Of a stretch of DNA of 64,000 bases, positions 29,431-44,375 are shown in pieces (positions within the stretch are counted from its first letter, which is position 1; the number at the start of each line of letters is the position of its first letter). The stretch is from Eledone cirrhosa (lineage: Eukaryota). The position numbers and the translations under genes are program-made. The notes beneath the pieces are model-generated. The model made no database searches. It was not told where the DNA came from and saw nothing but the letters and a program-made list of their open reading frames with translations. The DNA lies in the NCBI GenBank assembly GCA_964016885.1, contig OZ024742.1, positions 268,460,001-268,524,000 on the forward strand, written 5' to 3'.

Positions 29431-30592
29431 GGCGACGTGGATTTTGCTGTGGAGAAATGCGTGGAAATGATCAGTGAGTGGAATGTTGAATTCCATGGGA
29501 TTGATACCAGTGAGCTGGGACTCCTATTTAAACTTATATATAATAATTGTTTCTACTTTTGGCACAAGGCCAGCAATTACCCAGTGCATTACTGGTACTC
29601 TATTTTATCGACCCCGGAAGGATGAAAGGCAAAGTTAACCTCGACGGGATTTGAACTCTATCATACAGGGAGTTAACTCTATGCTTCAAAGCATGGCATC
29701 CGACCCTCTACCGATACTGCCGAAACTTATATATAATAATGATTATCTAGATACGTATGACCTTAGCAACCTCTGCTCCACAAGGCCAGCAAGAAACAGA
29801 CCACCTATAATTACCTCAATGGCCAAGAAAACTCACACAGAAAGACGGAACGTGTGGAACAGAGCCATACGGACCCCCGAAAACCATGATGAACCCCTAA
29901 AAGGATTGCACATGCGGTGGGAGCCAGTATAAAATTAACCCTTAAGGAACATATATTCAAATTTGATGGAAAAACATATGCCCAAGAGCAGGGAGCAGCC
30001 ATTGGTGTTAGCATTGCAGGTGACATAGCTAACCTATTCATGGTATGGTGGGACAATAAACTTAAATAACAATTAGAAGACCCATGACTTCCAAGTACCT
30101 GATCCACGGAAACTCAGCTGTTTCGGATCACACCAAAATCAAAATAATGATTGCGGATTTAGTACGAGTGATGAGGAACGTATCCCGCATGTGCAACCCC
30201 AAAGAACTAGAGAGACACATACAACACTTCATCCACCGTATGCAGTTCTCTGGTTACAATCAGAGAGATAAAATCAGAGTATATAGAGGAGCCAGAACCA
30301 AATGGGAAAAAATGGTAAATAATGATACAAATGGGACCTGTCCCTTGTATAGGAGCAAATTTTGGAATAGAATAGAAAGAACTAGGAATAAGGTTAATAG
30401 AATAAACTCATGGTATGATAGCAATAAATACCAGAGTGTAATGTTCATCAATACAACCCGTAGAGGTGAACTAGCTTACACATTTAGAAGAGCCCTAGAT
30501 AAACTCAAACTAAATATTAAGATAGTAGAAAGGCCAGGTACCTCCATAAAAACACTTATTACTAATACATAGCCTTTTCAAGACCTCCATGT
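29431..30592 (+). pseudogene. Inverted partial copy of the same Penelope-like family
   Basis: Matches the reverse complement of approx. 26630-25390. A ~270-bp deletion near 30081 removes the RT YIDD region. A SINE interrupts it and it ends in TA-rich sequence. Confidence 0.9.
29548..29722 (-). mobile_element. SINE with 18-bp target-site duplication
   Basis: aaacttatatataataat at 29530-29547 and 29723-29740. The body (B-box-like gagttcaaatccc, ttgcctttcatcct..ggggtcgataaa) is shared with 45738-46117 and 51528-51585. Confidence 0.9.
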
Positions 30593-30637
30593 ATATATAC
30601 CTCGTGTATATATATGTATATATATGTATATATATAT

Positions 30638-30922
30638 ATATTGGTAAACGGATAATAATAAAATAATTTTGAGATAGAGTGTCCGTGCTGTTTGCTCTGA
30701 TCAGCACGGACACTCTATCTCAAAATTATTTTTGAAAAGCATTTAGAAATGCGCAACCGGTAAAAACTTAAAAACTTAAAACCACAACTGAATACTAACC
30801 CATACAATTACTAATACTCTTTTATTCATAATTAAACCATTTTTCAACTGTGAACAATTTGTCAGCATTTTCTATTCCGTTTACCAATATATAATAACTT
30901 GTGTGTTACACCTCTATTCTTT

Positions 30923-30928
<6 letters not shown>
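30638..30928. repeat. Foldback element in (TA)n with a decayed minimal hammerhead
   Basis: Perfect ~31-bp arms at 30660-30732, outer inverted repeat atattggtaaacgga/tccgtttaccaatat, and ttgaaaa-GCATTT ag AAATGC-gcaac-cg-gta at approx. 30731-30760. Confidence 0.6.
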
Positions 30929-30997
<69 letters not shown>

Positions 30998-31285
30998 GGA
31001 TTCGTAAAGGAAATGCAGTGTTGAAACTTGAGTAAAGTAAGGACAAAATGAAACAAAATGGTATACAGTGTTTTTCATATTTCGGGCTATTGAAGATATG
31101 TTACCAAATCAATTAGTTGGAACCTTTTTCTCAGATGCTCTACTGTTAAGAGAACCATTTCCGATTGCCTTCATGCTGGAGGAGTGCGTTATAATCAGAA
31201 ATATTACGAATTATAAGGTAGAAAACATTGATATTCTTGATTACCACAACACTAGTTCTCATTGCATTGCTTATTCGTATACAAC

Positions 31286-31427
<142 letters not shown>

Positions 31428-32360
31428 TCCTCCGTTTCCGTTATATATTTCCCATTTTTCTTTCTCGCATGTAAAATCTCGTTTTTAATAATATTATCTC
31501 TATTGTACTCTATCTCTGTTTTTCGTTTCTTCATTCTTCTTACATTTGTTATTTCCACGAAATACTACATCTTACGTGTTTCTATTCTCTTCAAACTTTC
31601 TCTTTCGTTCTTTCCTGTCTGATTTCCTGTACGTTCTATGGTGTGCTTCCATTCCAAGACACACATCCTTCAAGAATAGATAGGCAAATCACCCATACGT
31701 ACTCATTTATAGGCACACACATTAACTTATAAAAGCTCTTATGGAATCACGTATATACACGTCTGCGTCTATGTGTATTTGATTTAATTTTTTTTTTTCG
31801 TAAATTTTTATTAATCTGGTATAACTTAATTCGTATATATATACATACTCGAACAGAACCATTTATAGCCACATATTCATCTTTATACGTGTATATATAT
31901 ATGTGTGTAGATATGTATACATGTTTATAAATGGATATATGTTGTGTGATTGTATACTTTGAAATTTTTCGCTTTTTTTTTCTATTCTGCTGTCATCTTT
32001 GCCATCACAGAAACCAATGTGGAAGGTAGCGCAATAAACCGGTTATTGTAGAATGGGTTGGGAATAAAATAGTTTCCAAGCAATGTCAAATGTTAGACGA
32101 TCCTGAAAGAACCAAGGAAATTAATGTCGTTATTTGCGAAAGCATTTCTTCGCCGAGACAATTCCTTCGACACACATATATGTAGACACATAAAAACAGA
32201 CCGACTCACACACTAACACCATAATCACTACTGAACATATATTTCCTACAATAACAAATACACACCCAAACACACACACACACACACAGACTCACACATA
32301 TATATAATTATATATATATACATGCATGGGTGCGTATAGAGACATTTATATATTCCACCA

Positions 32361-32408
<48 letters not shown>

Positions 32409-32409
32409 G

Positions 32410-32440
<31 letters not shown>

Positions 32441-35329
32441 ATATATATATGATATTACATATATAAACATTTGAATGAGTTGTCTCCCACATATCACCCT
32501 ATCTCGTGCAAACCACCAGAGAAACAAAGAATCCGATAGAAAGTTATAAAGGAAATGGAAGTAAATAGAAGAAAAAATGATTTCACACATAATACACAGA
32601 AACACACATGAAGTTACACATACATACATTTACATACAAACACACATAAACACATAAGCGCATAAAAGCACTCTAATGCATACACTTCTACAAATAAAAT
32701 AAACCAGAGAAAGGGTGTTTGTGTTTGACCTCAGATATAGTTGACCTTAAATAGAAAATATATTACTTTGGATGTAAATAAATTGAAGAATTCTCGTGCG
32801 AGGAGATTAACTGAGTTAAGATTTTTGGCAAGGAATCACTTTTATCCTTAAAGTAAGCACAAACGAATTATTAACTCTGCTGACCTCTCACTGGAAAGGC
32901 GACCGTAAAAGTTTACTACCAATCTCAGATAAAAGTTTAATATATAGTATAAACTATATAACATAGAATATATGTATGCCTTCCGTAAATATATATATAT
33001 ATATATATATGTGTACGTATGCGTGTGTGTATGTGTGTGTGTGTGTGGGTGTATGTGTATATGAATGAATGTGTGTTTATACGGATGTGCGTAAATGGAT
33101 ATGTATATGTGCATATATTTGTGTGTAAGTGTGCGTGCGTGTGTGCGCATCAGTATATCTGCGCGTGTGTGCGAGTGTGAGCACGTGCAATTGTTTGTGT
33201 GTATGCGTACGTTGGTGAGTGTTCGTGTCGATGTGAAGGTGTATCTCTGATCTAAATGTTGTCATGGAAACACGAATTGGCGTGGAAAGTTGAAAGGAAA
33301 TTGAACGACAATATTGTGAGATGTGTATATATTAAGTGACCTAACTGTGTATATATTCATGTGTGTTTGCATCTATATACCTATATATATGTGTGGTGAC
33401 GTATATATCTATCTATCTCTCTCTCTATATATATGTATGTATGCTTGTTTGTGAATATGAATGCGCCTATTTCTATTCTGTATTCCACATAGGAAAGTGA
33501 TAGTTATTTTCGTGGATAAATTCTGCTCAAGTGTTGATATTTTGGTAGGACATTTATTCTAGAAATATTTCAGCTGTAAGTAATAACGAAAACCACTCTC
33601 TTAGTCTATATAGTTTTCTCTAAATGAGTTGTCTTGCTATAGAGAGTTCAATTCCGCCTGCAATTGACTAGTTTATTTTTTTATTTGTGTTTTGTTGCTT
33701 TTTTAACTGTTATTCGCGTGGTTACTGCTATAGTTTCTATTGTTGAATTTGTTACTGGTGTATTTTTGTTTGTAATTTGTTTCTATTCCTGATTGGGTAA
33801 GTATTTGTTTCTCAAATTCGAGTCGCTGTGGAATTCTTGCACAATTCTTCATATTTCAGACAATTCTTAACGAGACATAACATGTAACTGCAAGAGAATG
33901 TTTTATATAAAACTAACACATAGTTGTTTAATGAATTATATCAAAAGCCATCATTATTTCGAAGAACACTGTGTTGAAAGGAACACTCATTAATTTTAGT
34001 TTATATTCCTATCGATATGATGGTGTATCACCGGACAAGATGTATTCATGGAGACACGAATTGAAGTGGAATGCTGAAAGAATTCTGATCGACAATATTG
34101 TAAAGTGTGTATGTAAATATTTTTTGTGGAGGAGGAGACTCCTAGTCTTCAGTAAGACATCTCTCTGGGAGAAGGTCACTCTGATATAAAACTTGCGACT
34201 TCGTTTGCATCCAATGATGTAGACTAGTTCTACGTTTTTAATAAATCATTCGATGTTCATCGAGTGTGATTGGTCCCGTGCAAAGCCTTTCCTCATTTAC
34301 AAAAGCTTCAAACACAGGCATCGCTTGATATGTAACACATTTTGCGAGGAATGGCATTTCTGATCATAGCCCACGTCCGCTTGATACTTATGTATCGAGC
34401 GATGTCATCAATCCAAATCGATTTGCAGCCATCATGTATGTATTTATGTATGTAGTTATGAATGTTTGAATGTATGAATGTACGTATGTATGTTTATATA
34501 CTTGCATGTATCTCCTAATGTTACCATTGCTGTAATGGAAATAGTCCTAATAACCTACTTTCTAGACAAATAGCCCAAATACTTTGTGTCTCTCATCGCC
34601 TCTGACAACCGAATCCCAGCACCTAGACTTCCCGTTGCAGGAATCTTACGACCAGTCAAGAAGGTGCAAAGCTGAGACATTTGCGCCTTAAAAGTAATTT
34701 TCCCGATATACAGAAGAAACTCTGTCTAGGAAAATGTTAACTCCGATTTCGAATGTAGAGTAGATGTAACATATTAATCCTAATTAAAACAACCCATCTG
34801 AACGTGAAAGTACCGAAACCCCCTTGGTTGCAGTCAGGACACGCAGTAAATTCACGGGGAGCGAAGGACGCCGAGTAGTATTCACCTACTTCCAAGAGAG
34901 GGAACTTCTGAAGTGGAACCTGCGATTTACATGATTACAGATCAGCTAGCTTAAACGTGATTTCAGATTATAATCGTGTTCGAAAGATGTTTCACTATAA
35001 TCCTTGATGTCATTCTATCTATCCAGCCATTGCAAGCCGGAACTCTAGATTTCTGAAAATATATAGACATTGGGCTTATTGGCTGTAAATATTTTTGTGA
35101 AACTCGAATTTGCGTTAACCAAATACCACTACTTACATTGTTTCGTCCCCTCGCCAGATGTAGTATCATTGGGATCAGTTACGGTTCTTCAGTCACCCTC
35201 TGCTGATATGTCCTATGTTGGATTGTTATCAATTTATGGGTGTATAACTTGCAATATCTATAAGTATGTTTCTCTTTTTCTTAAGGTTGAGTACTTATTT
35301 GACCGGTCACTTTCCTGGTGGCAAGGTTG

Positions 35330-37545
35330 TAAAAGAAATTGTCATCCGTTGAATCGCAACAATGTTTTGAAAGCTTTGAAGGTGCCAGATATCTAAGCGA
35401 TTAGTAATCTATCAATTAAGGAGCTGCGCTCTTTGTCCACCAATCCAGATTCAGTTATACTTTGGTCCAATCGGGTTGGTATAAAACCCGTAGCTCCAAT
35501 AATGATGAGTATGAAGCTGAAGGTGTATCTTGGATACTGGATCTGCAAACTCCTCATCAATGGTCCGTGGATATACTCCTTATCTTGCATTTTCCTTACA
35601 ACGTTGACATCATGTGGACAACTGATCTCTACAACAGAGCAGGTTTTCAATGTGTGGTCCCAAACAACAATATCAGGGCGGTAGTTAGGTGGCAGTTTGA
35701 GTTTTCAGGTTCCACCAGTATTCTTTACTGCCATCTATCTCAACATATTCCTGCCCATTTGTTTTTAATTTTCCTAAGTGCGTTCCAGATGTTTCTAGCT
35801 ATCACATCGTGTTTCATGGCGAGGTAGTAACGCGACGACATTCCTTCGCAGTTGGCAACGATGTGGCTAACGTCTTCGATCTTTGTTTTACATAGCCTAC
35901 ATTTATTGTCGACTGGTGGCCCTACTCTTTTCTGTAGCAGATATTTGGTAGGGATTTCTTGTTCCTGTATTGCATAGAGATATCCTTCAAGGTGGGATGT
36001 CATAAACTTGTCGGAAATCTATGCCAGGCTTTTTGAATGATTTATTCCCTCTATGGTCTGTGTCTTTCGTCTCAGGTATCCATGCACAACTTTCTCTGTA
36101 AATTCGTCCATTTCTGTTTATCTTGTTCGAGCATTGAATAGGATCTTCCAATTTCCCTGGGAGAGAGATTAATATCAGGCCTTATTCCATAACTCTCCTC
36201 CAGATTAGTGGCTATCCTAATGATATTAATTCCTTCATGCTCATAAACCTGGGCAAGACGGTTGCTGACCTTTTTCTACTGATGAAGTTATTGCTTCAGT
36301 GTTACTATCCGGGTCTCGTATGATGTTAATATGGAATTTAGATCCCATCCACCTTCCTTGTATGAGAAGTATAGCCTATCCACATCACCATTGATGTTAA
36401 AGTTTCCAGTAACACTGAGAAGCTTGCATTTATATCACTTACTTCTTGAAATGACCAGTTCAGCAGACCAAATGTTGGTGTTAGGATTGGCACGACATAA
36501 GTATTGTGGGTAATGTATTTGTTGTACACCGATAATTCTGATGATCATATTTACTTAACTCTCCTGATGTATTCTGATCTGGTTCTCTCCTTAGTTATGG
36601 ATCCATCATATCTGATATTCTCATCCTGTTTAAGATATCTGTAGTTGTCACCTCACTGTAGATGTTGTATTGTCAAGCTGTTCATCTCTATATTTCCAGA
36701 GGAGGACACAGCCCTTCCACGTTTTACAGTCAAATATGCACATTTGGACTCACTAAATTTGATTCTGATGTCTGCCAAAAATTGTGTCATGAGGTCCAAT
36801 TATTTTTGAATATAGTTGATATTTGGCCCATACAACTTCAGGTCATCAACAAAGAAAAGATGGGAGATATTTCTGGAACCACTTCAATGACCACCTTGAT
36901 TTGTGAGCAGGTATGAGAGTGGGTTTAGTGATAGGACGAAGAGCAGCACTGATACGCTATCACCCTAAAAGATGCCTTTCTGGTAGTGTATTGTATCAGT
37001 CTTAAGTTGCTCCTTCTCGCCCCTAAGAATCAAATTGGTGTACCAGTTCTTGGTCAGACGTTCAACCGCAGCTAGTAGTGGTTGTGGAACTTTGCCTAAT
37101 TGTAAAGTCTTAATAATCCACCAATGATTTACACTATCAAAAGCCATCTGATAGTCCAGCTACACCTCAGTCATGTTTCTGCGATTTTTTACTGTTTTTT
37201 CCTGTATGATTTTATTTATTAGTACGTAAGCTATGTAGCCCCACACCTCCTTCTTTCTACCAGCTTGCTCAGGTTTTATAATGTTGTTGGTGCACAATGA
37301 TCTTGTAAGAAGAGATTAAGGCACCCAATGTATAATGTATACATGATGTTCTGGCAGGCTGTGAGGTGGTAATTTTTAGCAAGGGTGGTCTGGCTATTTA
37401 CGGGGATGAGGAGTGTAGTGGTCGTCGATAACGATTGGGCCAGTTCTTGTATGCCTAGTATGCTTTCTCTAAACAGCCGTATGGGATCTTGCCGATAGAA
37501 GGAGAAATTCTTCAGCCAGTATCCTGTTATGAAGGCTAGGTCTCA
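35330..37545 (-). pseudogene. R4/Dong-like RLE non-LTR retrotransposon remnant
   Basis: AFDSVNH and KGIF*GD RT motifs, CCHC knuckle CRLC...HIVANC, and RPDIVVWD..VEISCP..IIIGATG endonuclease motifs. Confidence 0.85.
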
Positions 37546-37769
37546 TATGTATGTATGTATATATGTATGTATGTATGCATATAAGTATGTATTTATGCAA
37601 CTATATACGTATTTATGTATGTTCTTCTAGTTTTATTATTTTATTAATTTCCACCAACTGGACGAGAGCTGCATTCTCTGATAGAAACAAGACTGTTTCA
37701 TTGGAATTTAATAAACATAAACCTGATAAATACGTATGTATGTCTGTATGTGTGTATGAGTGTGTATGT

Positions 37770-37848
<79 letters not shown>

Positions 37849-38019
37849 TGTGTGTGTGCGTGTGCGTGTGTGTGTGTGTGTAGATATCGGTGTTATTGCA
37901 TATGTAGATAATAACATTTTAAATTAAATGTGTGCACGTGCATATGCTTCTGTATCTATATATGTGTATATGCAGTTATTACCTACTGAATTAATGTATT
38001 GTTTTACATATATTTGCAG

Positions 38020-38930
38020 TCCTATTATTGGACTGTACTTGCAATTTTCTAACTAGCCAATGTCCTGTCTAGTTCTGTGAAAGCCAGCTTCTCTAGATTT
38101 ATAACGAGGCAGTTAGTAACGCATTACATAGTCCCAATGATCCCAGGTACAAATCTTAAGGCATAGTCGGGGTGGAGCTTCTGCAGATTTCTCATCGTTT
38201 CAGCATATTTGTCCTCCTTGTCGCTAATTTCATTCACACCTGCTAAGCATCAGATTGTCACTATTGTGCATGCCTTCTTTTCTCTGTCCCATATTAGAAT
38301 GCCTGTTCTGTTATATTAAACTTTTTTTTTGTTACTGGACCATTCCTCCATAACATGTTCATATTATCCTCCCCATCACTGTAACATTGTATATGTTTAT
38401 TGTCAGGATTACCCTTTCTATAGATTGCATTGTGTAGATTTTGGCCACTACATCATAACACATAGGTAGATAATATCGTGAGGATATCTTTGGGCAACTG
38501 CTTATGATGTGTGTGATATCTTCGATGTTTATTTCACAGAATCTGCTTGCGCTCTCACATGTAGGTGTTTTATCTGCTCACTATATATTTTGTACATTAG
38601 GCATTTCGTTATTTCCTGTTCTTAGATTTTAGAAGAATATATTTCAATGGGAGAGCCAATATACGGTGATTGGTCTAAGATAAACTGCTTCGCCTATTTA
38701 TGTTAATCTCAGATTGAAACGTTCTGGCTATACAGCCATTCATGACGTTTTTGCAGATAAACATGCAGCTTTTCATACATGGATTCAGTGCGGCATTGCA
38801 GTGGAATCCTCTAGGTGTGAGCTTTGGTTGCCATGCAGGGTGTATTTCTCAAGGAGCTCCTTCAAAACTCTTATGATATTACCACGTCATGTAAACAGAT
38901 TTTTCTGTAGATGAGCATCTATATGTACGA
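38020..38930 (-). pseudogene. Second, more decayed R4/Dong-like 3' remnant
   Basis: CRFCEINIEDITHIISSCPKISSRYYLPM near 38460-38545, paralleling 35810-35900. Confidence 0.65.
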
Positions 38931-39309
38931 ATGCATGTACGTATGCATGGATGTATGTATGTATGCATATATATGTATGTATGGATATGAGGCAGCAGAA
39001 AGTTGAAGTATACGGACGTGTTTTTTAGCCAATCCTGTCTATTTCGGTGGGTAAGTTCTGTTTAATTTTGCATTTCCAAGCGTCCAAATTCGACAAATTA
39101 TTACCCACTAGTCTCTGCAAATAACATGGTAGAAGTTGTGAAAGTTGCATACATATTTATATGTATTTTCCCAATGCAATCGTTGTTTACATTTTATTTA
39201 CACCCTAATGCTTTTTAAACAAATACGGCTAAATTTCAAGAAAGTGATACATCTCTCTGCCCTCAGCAACACATTTACACACATACGTCCTTGTCATTGT
39301 GCTTGACAG

Positions 39310-40350
39310 ACGGGATGTGCAGTGTGTTCATGTTCTTCGTGGGGCTGAGTGCTGGACGGACCACCGGCAGGTACGTGAAAAAGTGTAATTAACTACAAAA
39401 CGTAAAATCCGGGCTGCTGGAGTTACCCTGTCTAAAAGGCTGAATGCTGCTGATCTTAAGGATAATAGTGGGAAGAAAACATTGCAAAACGAAATGAATG
39501 TTGCAGACAAAACGCTGATTTATGCTGTAGGCAGGCGTGTTCTGGGATTAGTACAAAGAAAGCATCAAGACTGGTTTAAAGAAAATGATGACCATGTAGA
39601 TGGATTGTTGGCTGATAAGAGGCGTGCTCTGTCACGGTACTTGGCTGAAAAGCCACAAGAGAAGAATATGTTGCATAAGGAACTCAAAGATGTGAAATTA
39701 CGTGTGAGGTGGAGGCTTTCTCAGATGAAGGATAAGTGGGGGAGTGAGAAGGCTGATGAGGTAACAGCTGCATCAGATTTTAATGACACAAAGCTGTTGT
39801 ACAATCTCTTGCGTGAAGTTTATGGACCGTCTTGTTCTCTGGTGACACCGCTTCGCAGCAAGAATGGCAAGGAAATTATTCTTGACTCACAGGGAATTCT
39901 CCGAAGGTGGCTAGAGCACTTTGATGAACTTTTGAATCAGCCATCTGTCGTCAATGAAGATTTCCTCAATCTCATTCCAGAAAAACCTGTGAAAGTAGCT
40001 CTCGCGGAGCTACCGACTTTTGAGCAGGTTGCAGTAACTGTCTCAAAGCCGAAAAGTGGAAGGTCTCCAGGTATGGATGGCATATATGCAGAGCTCTTAA
40101 ACTATGGTAGTGAGACACTTCTGCAGCATCTTCACTGCTCGTTTGGCAGGATATGGGTAAGTGAATCTTTCCCCGAAGAATCCAGATATTCAGTAATGGT
40201 AGTCTTGTACAATGAAATGGTATCAAGAATGATTGCGGAAACCATAGGTGTATATCATTGCTTTCTGTCGTAGGAAAAAAAATATTTAGGGTTCTTCTGG
40301 ACAGTCTGCTGACACACAGTGTGCAAATGTTTTCGATAAGATATGATGCG
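39310..40350 (+). pseudogene. RTE (BovB-like) LINE internal fragment
   Basis: ECWTDHR, HQDWF.END, ILRRWLEHF..LLN, GRSPGMDGIYAELL. Confidence 0.85.
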
Positions 40351-42069
40351 AAACTCAAATGCTGTCTGGACTGATGTTAGGCCTCTGACTCCCTGCCTAC
40401 TTTTTAAGTAGAGGTGGTCTATCTCACTGTTGATGTGAAAGTATCCGATGTTGCTTTGTAATTTCCGAGTTTTAACATCAATAACTCAGAGATCGTCTAT
40501 CATCCAATCGAGTATTCTAAACGTTGGTGGCAGGATAGGCGCAGCAAACACATTGTGAGACACTGTTTTTTCGCAGGGATTTCAGACGCCCACAATTTTT
40601 CTAAACGGGTGTAATATTTCCTGGTTACGCGTCCTTGTTACTGATACCATCATAAGATGTATTTTCATTTATCCCTAGGTATACGTATCATTCCCTGTCA
40701 CATATCGGCGAAACAGTTAGGCCATAGATAAACATATTGCTATATTGGCTTGTAGAATTTCGGTGCTTTACAATCATAAATGAAAATTTATCTTGGCCAA
40801 ACTCTATTCCTATATCCTTTGAGAACCTTGTAACTAGGTCGTATGAATGTATGTATGTATGCATTTATGTATGTATATATGTATGTTGGTATGTATATGT
40901 GTGTATGCATGTATGCTTGTATTTATGTGTGTATATATACATATATATGTGTATATATGTAAGCATCTTTATGATATTTTTTGTATTTTGCTACTAAATG
41001 TAGCATCTCCTACAGCAACATAGTTGGCACTTTATTATATTATTGGCGTTAATAGTGCAAATGCTATTATTAGGAAAATGGTTATTTCTATATTTTTATC
41101 CTGTTGCATTGGTGCTGCTTTTTCTGTTACGCAGCTCTTTTATGATGAATAGATCCATTCAATCGGTTTATCGAACGTCCACTTGTGACGTTCCATCGTT
41201 GCGGCCAACTGTATTACAAAGGATGGCTATCTTAATATTTGGATAGGTAATTATCATACTGATGTTAGTTAAATGCCCTGAAGAATGAAATATATGAACA
41301 CATACAATCCATACGGTTGTTGAAAGCAAAAATTGGTATAACTATTTATGTGTATGATGTATATTTACTATTGTAATTCTAATAAACATAGAGCAATATA
41401 TATCAGTTTTCAGAAAGACTAAGCCTATTTGCAGCGTTTTTAAAACATATGAGCAAACATTTTGAAAGAATTCTTCATACTGGACCAAAAGAGTATGTAG
41501 TCTCCCAAATCTAATAATATTTCCAGGACAAATATGAAATGTAATTGAAGCTCGATAGGTTTCTCTTCATGCTGCGTATTAGGTACGTTAATACTAGCGA
41601 TTGAATGGATGGGATCCGAGTATACGTAAGTAGATATGAATGGTATGCATACACAGAACACAACAGAAGAAAAGAAGAAACCACGAGATTACATGTTTAC
41701 AAACCAACATTGAAAGGTATATTACAGCTTATACATCAAAGATGTTAAAAAATATCTACTGTGTCATAGAAAAAGAAATTTAAATATTGTAATAAATCTA
41801 TAGGATTTATAACGGCCGACAAAATGGTGTATGTAAAAAGATGTCTTGAGATATATATCATAACATTATTCAGGAGTTACATTAAATATATAGATATGCA
41901 TACACGTGTATATAATTTCATTGTTGTGGTTGATTGCGTTGCTTTGACCCTTACCCACAATTTTCAATTTGTTAACACCTTTTAACGTATGTTTATTACC
42001 TTGAGATGTAACTTATTGATTTATCGATAACTTCTTATTGAGTGCTTCGTGCAAAGCTTCCGAATATTG

Positions 42070-42129
<60 letters not shown>

Positions 42130-42133
<4 letters not shown>

Positions 42134-42810
42134 CGTTTCTTAATTTGTTTAGCAAGATTCTTTATCTGAAAACGTGTGTTGAGACCGATATTGTTATACT
42201 TTGGGAGGATCATGTTGCCAATAAGAAACACACGCACCAGTGCTTTCACTTCAATTTATTATAATAAATTTATAAATTTAGGAATTTATAAATTTCCGGT
42301 TGGTTGGTTGGTTCCACAACCAGTTGGTTGTTTATATATGTTCAAAGTTCTTTCCATAGACATTCAGTGACCTCTTCAGTGACTGGGGATTCTTTTCTTT
42401 GATTTTGTGCCTCTCCTTTGTTCTGTCCTACGACATCTTGTTTCTGTGTGTGTGTTGTGTACTCAGTCTGTGCATGCGCCACATCCGGGTGTCTGTGTGT
42501 GTTTATATTCGTTTATCTATTTGTTTATTTACATGTTGCTGGTTGGTTGTTTGTTCTATGTGCGTGTGTGTTTTAATTTTGTCCTTAATTGTAAGTTATG
42601 ATGTTGCTGTTCCACTCATGTTTTCTATTTAATTTTGGTTGTAATTATTTTATGTTTATTGCCTCTGTGATTTGTCTAAACATTGCGTCTTTTCTGTGTG
42701 TAGATTCTATTTTTATTTCTATGTTCTCTAATTTACCCTTATGTTCTATTTTAGCATGTTGGTAGAGTACAGATGATTTTTTACTATCTTGAAGGTCTCG
42801 TCAGCGTTCA
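42130..42810 (-). mobile_element. 5'-truncated copy of the 24575-27780 Penelope-like 3' end, between (TA)n tracts
   Basis: Colinear with 24575-25240. Confidence 0.85.
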
Positions 42811-42825
42811 TATATATATATATAT

Positions 42826-42956
<131 letters not shown>

Positions 42957-43106
42957 GTGTGTCTGTTTGAATTCATTTTATTGAGGCTTTATCACAGGGT
43001 CATGTTGCCTATTCTCCGTAATAAATGAATATTAAATCTCTACTTCGATATTGAATAGTCCTTCCTCTCAGCCGTCAACTTCATACGGATATATATATAT
43101 ATATAT

Positions 43107-43184
<78 letters not shown>

Positions 43185-43188
43185 ATAT

Positions 43189-44375
43189 AAGAATAAATGT
43201 GTTGCGTGTTTGCAAATGGGTGGCATATGAATAAGGGGTTCGTTCATCAGTGATCTTCCAACCATCACAGATATTTCTTCGCTTTAAAGACCATATACCT
43301 GCGGTTGGTGCGAGCAACGGCTAAAAGAAGTCGTTGGGACATGTTAATAAAGGGAACAGCGAGAGTGTAAACAAAAAAAGATGGTGAAGCAACGAAAAGT
43401 GAGGAAGACTGAGTCAAGTCCCAAATTTCCATGAATGTAAAATCGGTGAAATCTTGAACGAGAGAGAATAAAGACCATCAAACCCGCTTGGAATGTGAGC
43501 AAGGAAGGAATTCCGTACAGGTCTAACGGGAGGAAGAAGGAATCTAGTCTGTGCATTAGGTGAACATAAGTTCTGTGAAATCGTAGACGAGAGAGAGAAA
43601 AAAGGGAACCAGCCTGACCAAGCGTGCGAAAGAAAAGAATTACGCAGAGGTCAAACGGGAAGAAGGAGGAGGAGGAGAGGTAGTAACAGAGAGTGAGTGA
43701 GTAAAGGGTGAGGAAGAGGCTAACAGAGAGAGTGACTGTTAGAGAGGGTAAAGATACAGAGAAAGAGGAAGCAGTAAGAACGAAATAGACGGGTCACAGC
43801 GGGGGAAAAATATGTGTAAATATGAGAATAAATATGCTGCGTGGATGCATATGGGTTACATATGAATAAAGTGGTCCTTCATCCGTGATCTTCCAACCAT
43901 CACAGGTATTTCTTCGCTTTAAAGACCTTATACCTCCGGTTGGTGCGAGCAACGGCTAAAAAAAAGTCGTTGGGACACGTAAATAAAGAGAACAGCGAGA
44001 GTGTAAACAAAAACAGATGGTGAAGCAACGAAAAGTGAGGAAGAATGAGTCAAGACCCAAATGTCCATGAATATAAGTTCGGTGAAATCGTGAACGAGAG
44101 AGAATAAAGACCATCAAACCTGCTTGGAATGTGAGCAAGGAAGGAATTCCGTACAGGTCTAACGGGAGGAAGAAGGAATCTAGTCTGTGAATTCGGTGAA
44201 CATAAGTTCTGTGAAATCGTAGACGAAAGAGAGAAAAAAGGGAACCAGCCTGACCAAGCGTGCGATAGAAAAGAATTACGCACAGGTCAAACGGGAAGAA
44301 GGAGGAGGAGGATAGGTGGTAACAGAGAGTGAGTGAGTGAAGGGTGAGGAAGAGGCTAACAGAGAGAGTGACTGT

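Noticed and set aside
33600-33805. Possible host exon ending at donor-like GG/GTAAGT
   Set aside because: No recognisable coding content or partner exons, so it cannot be supported without RNA data.
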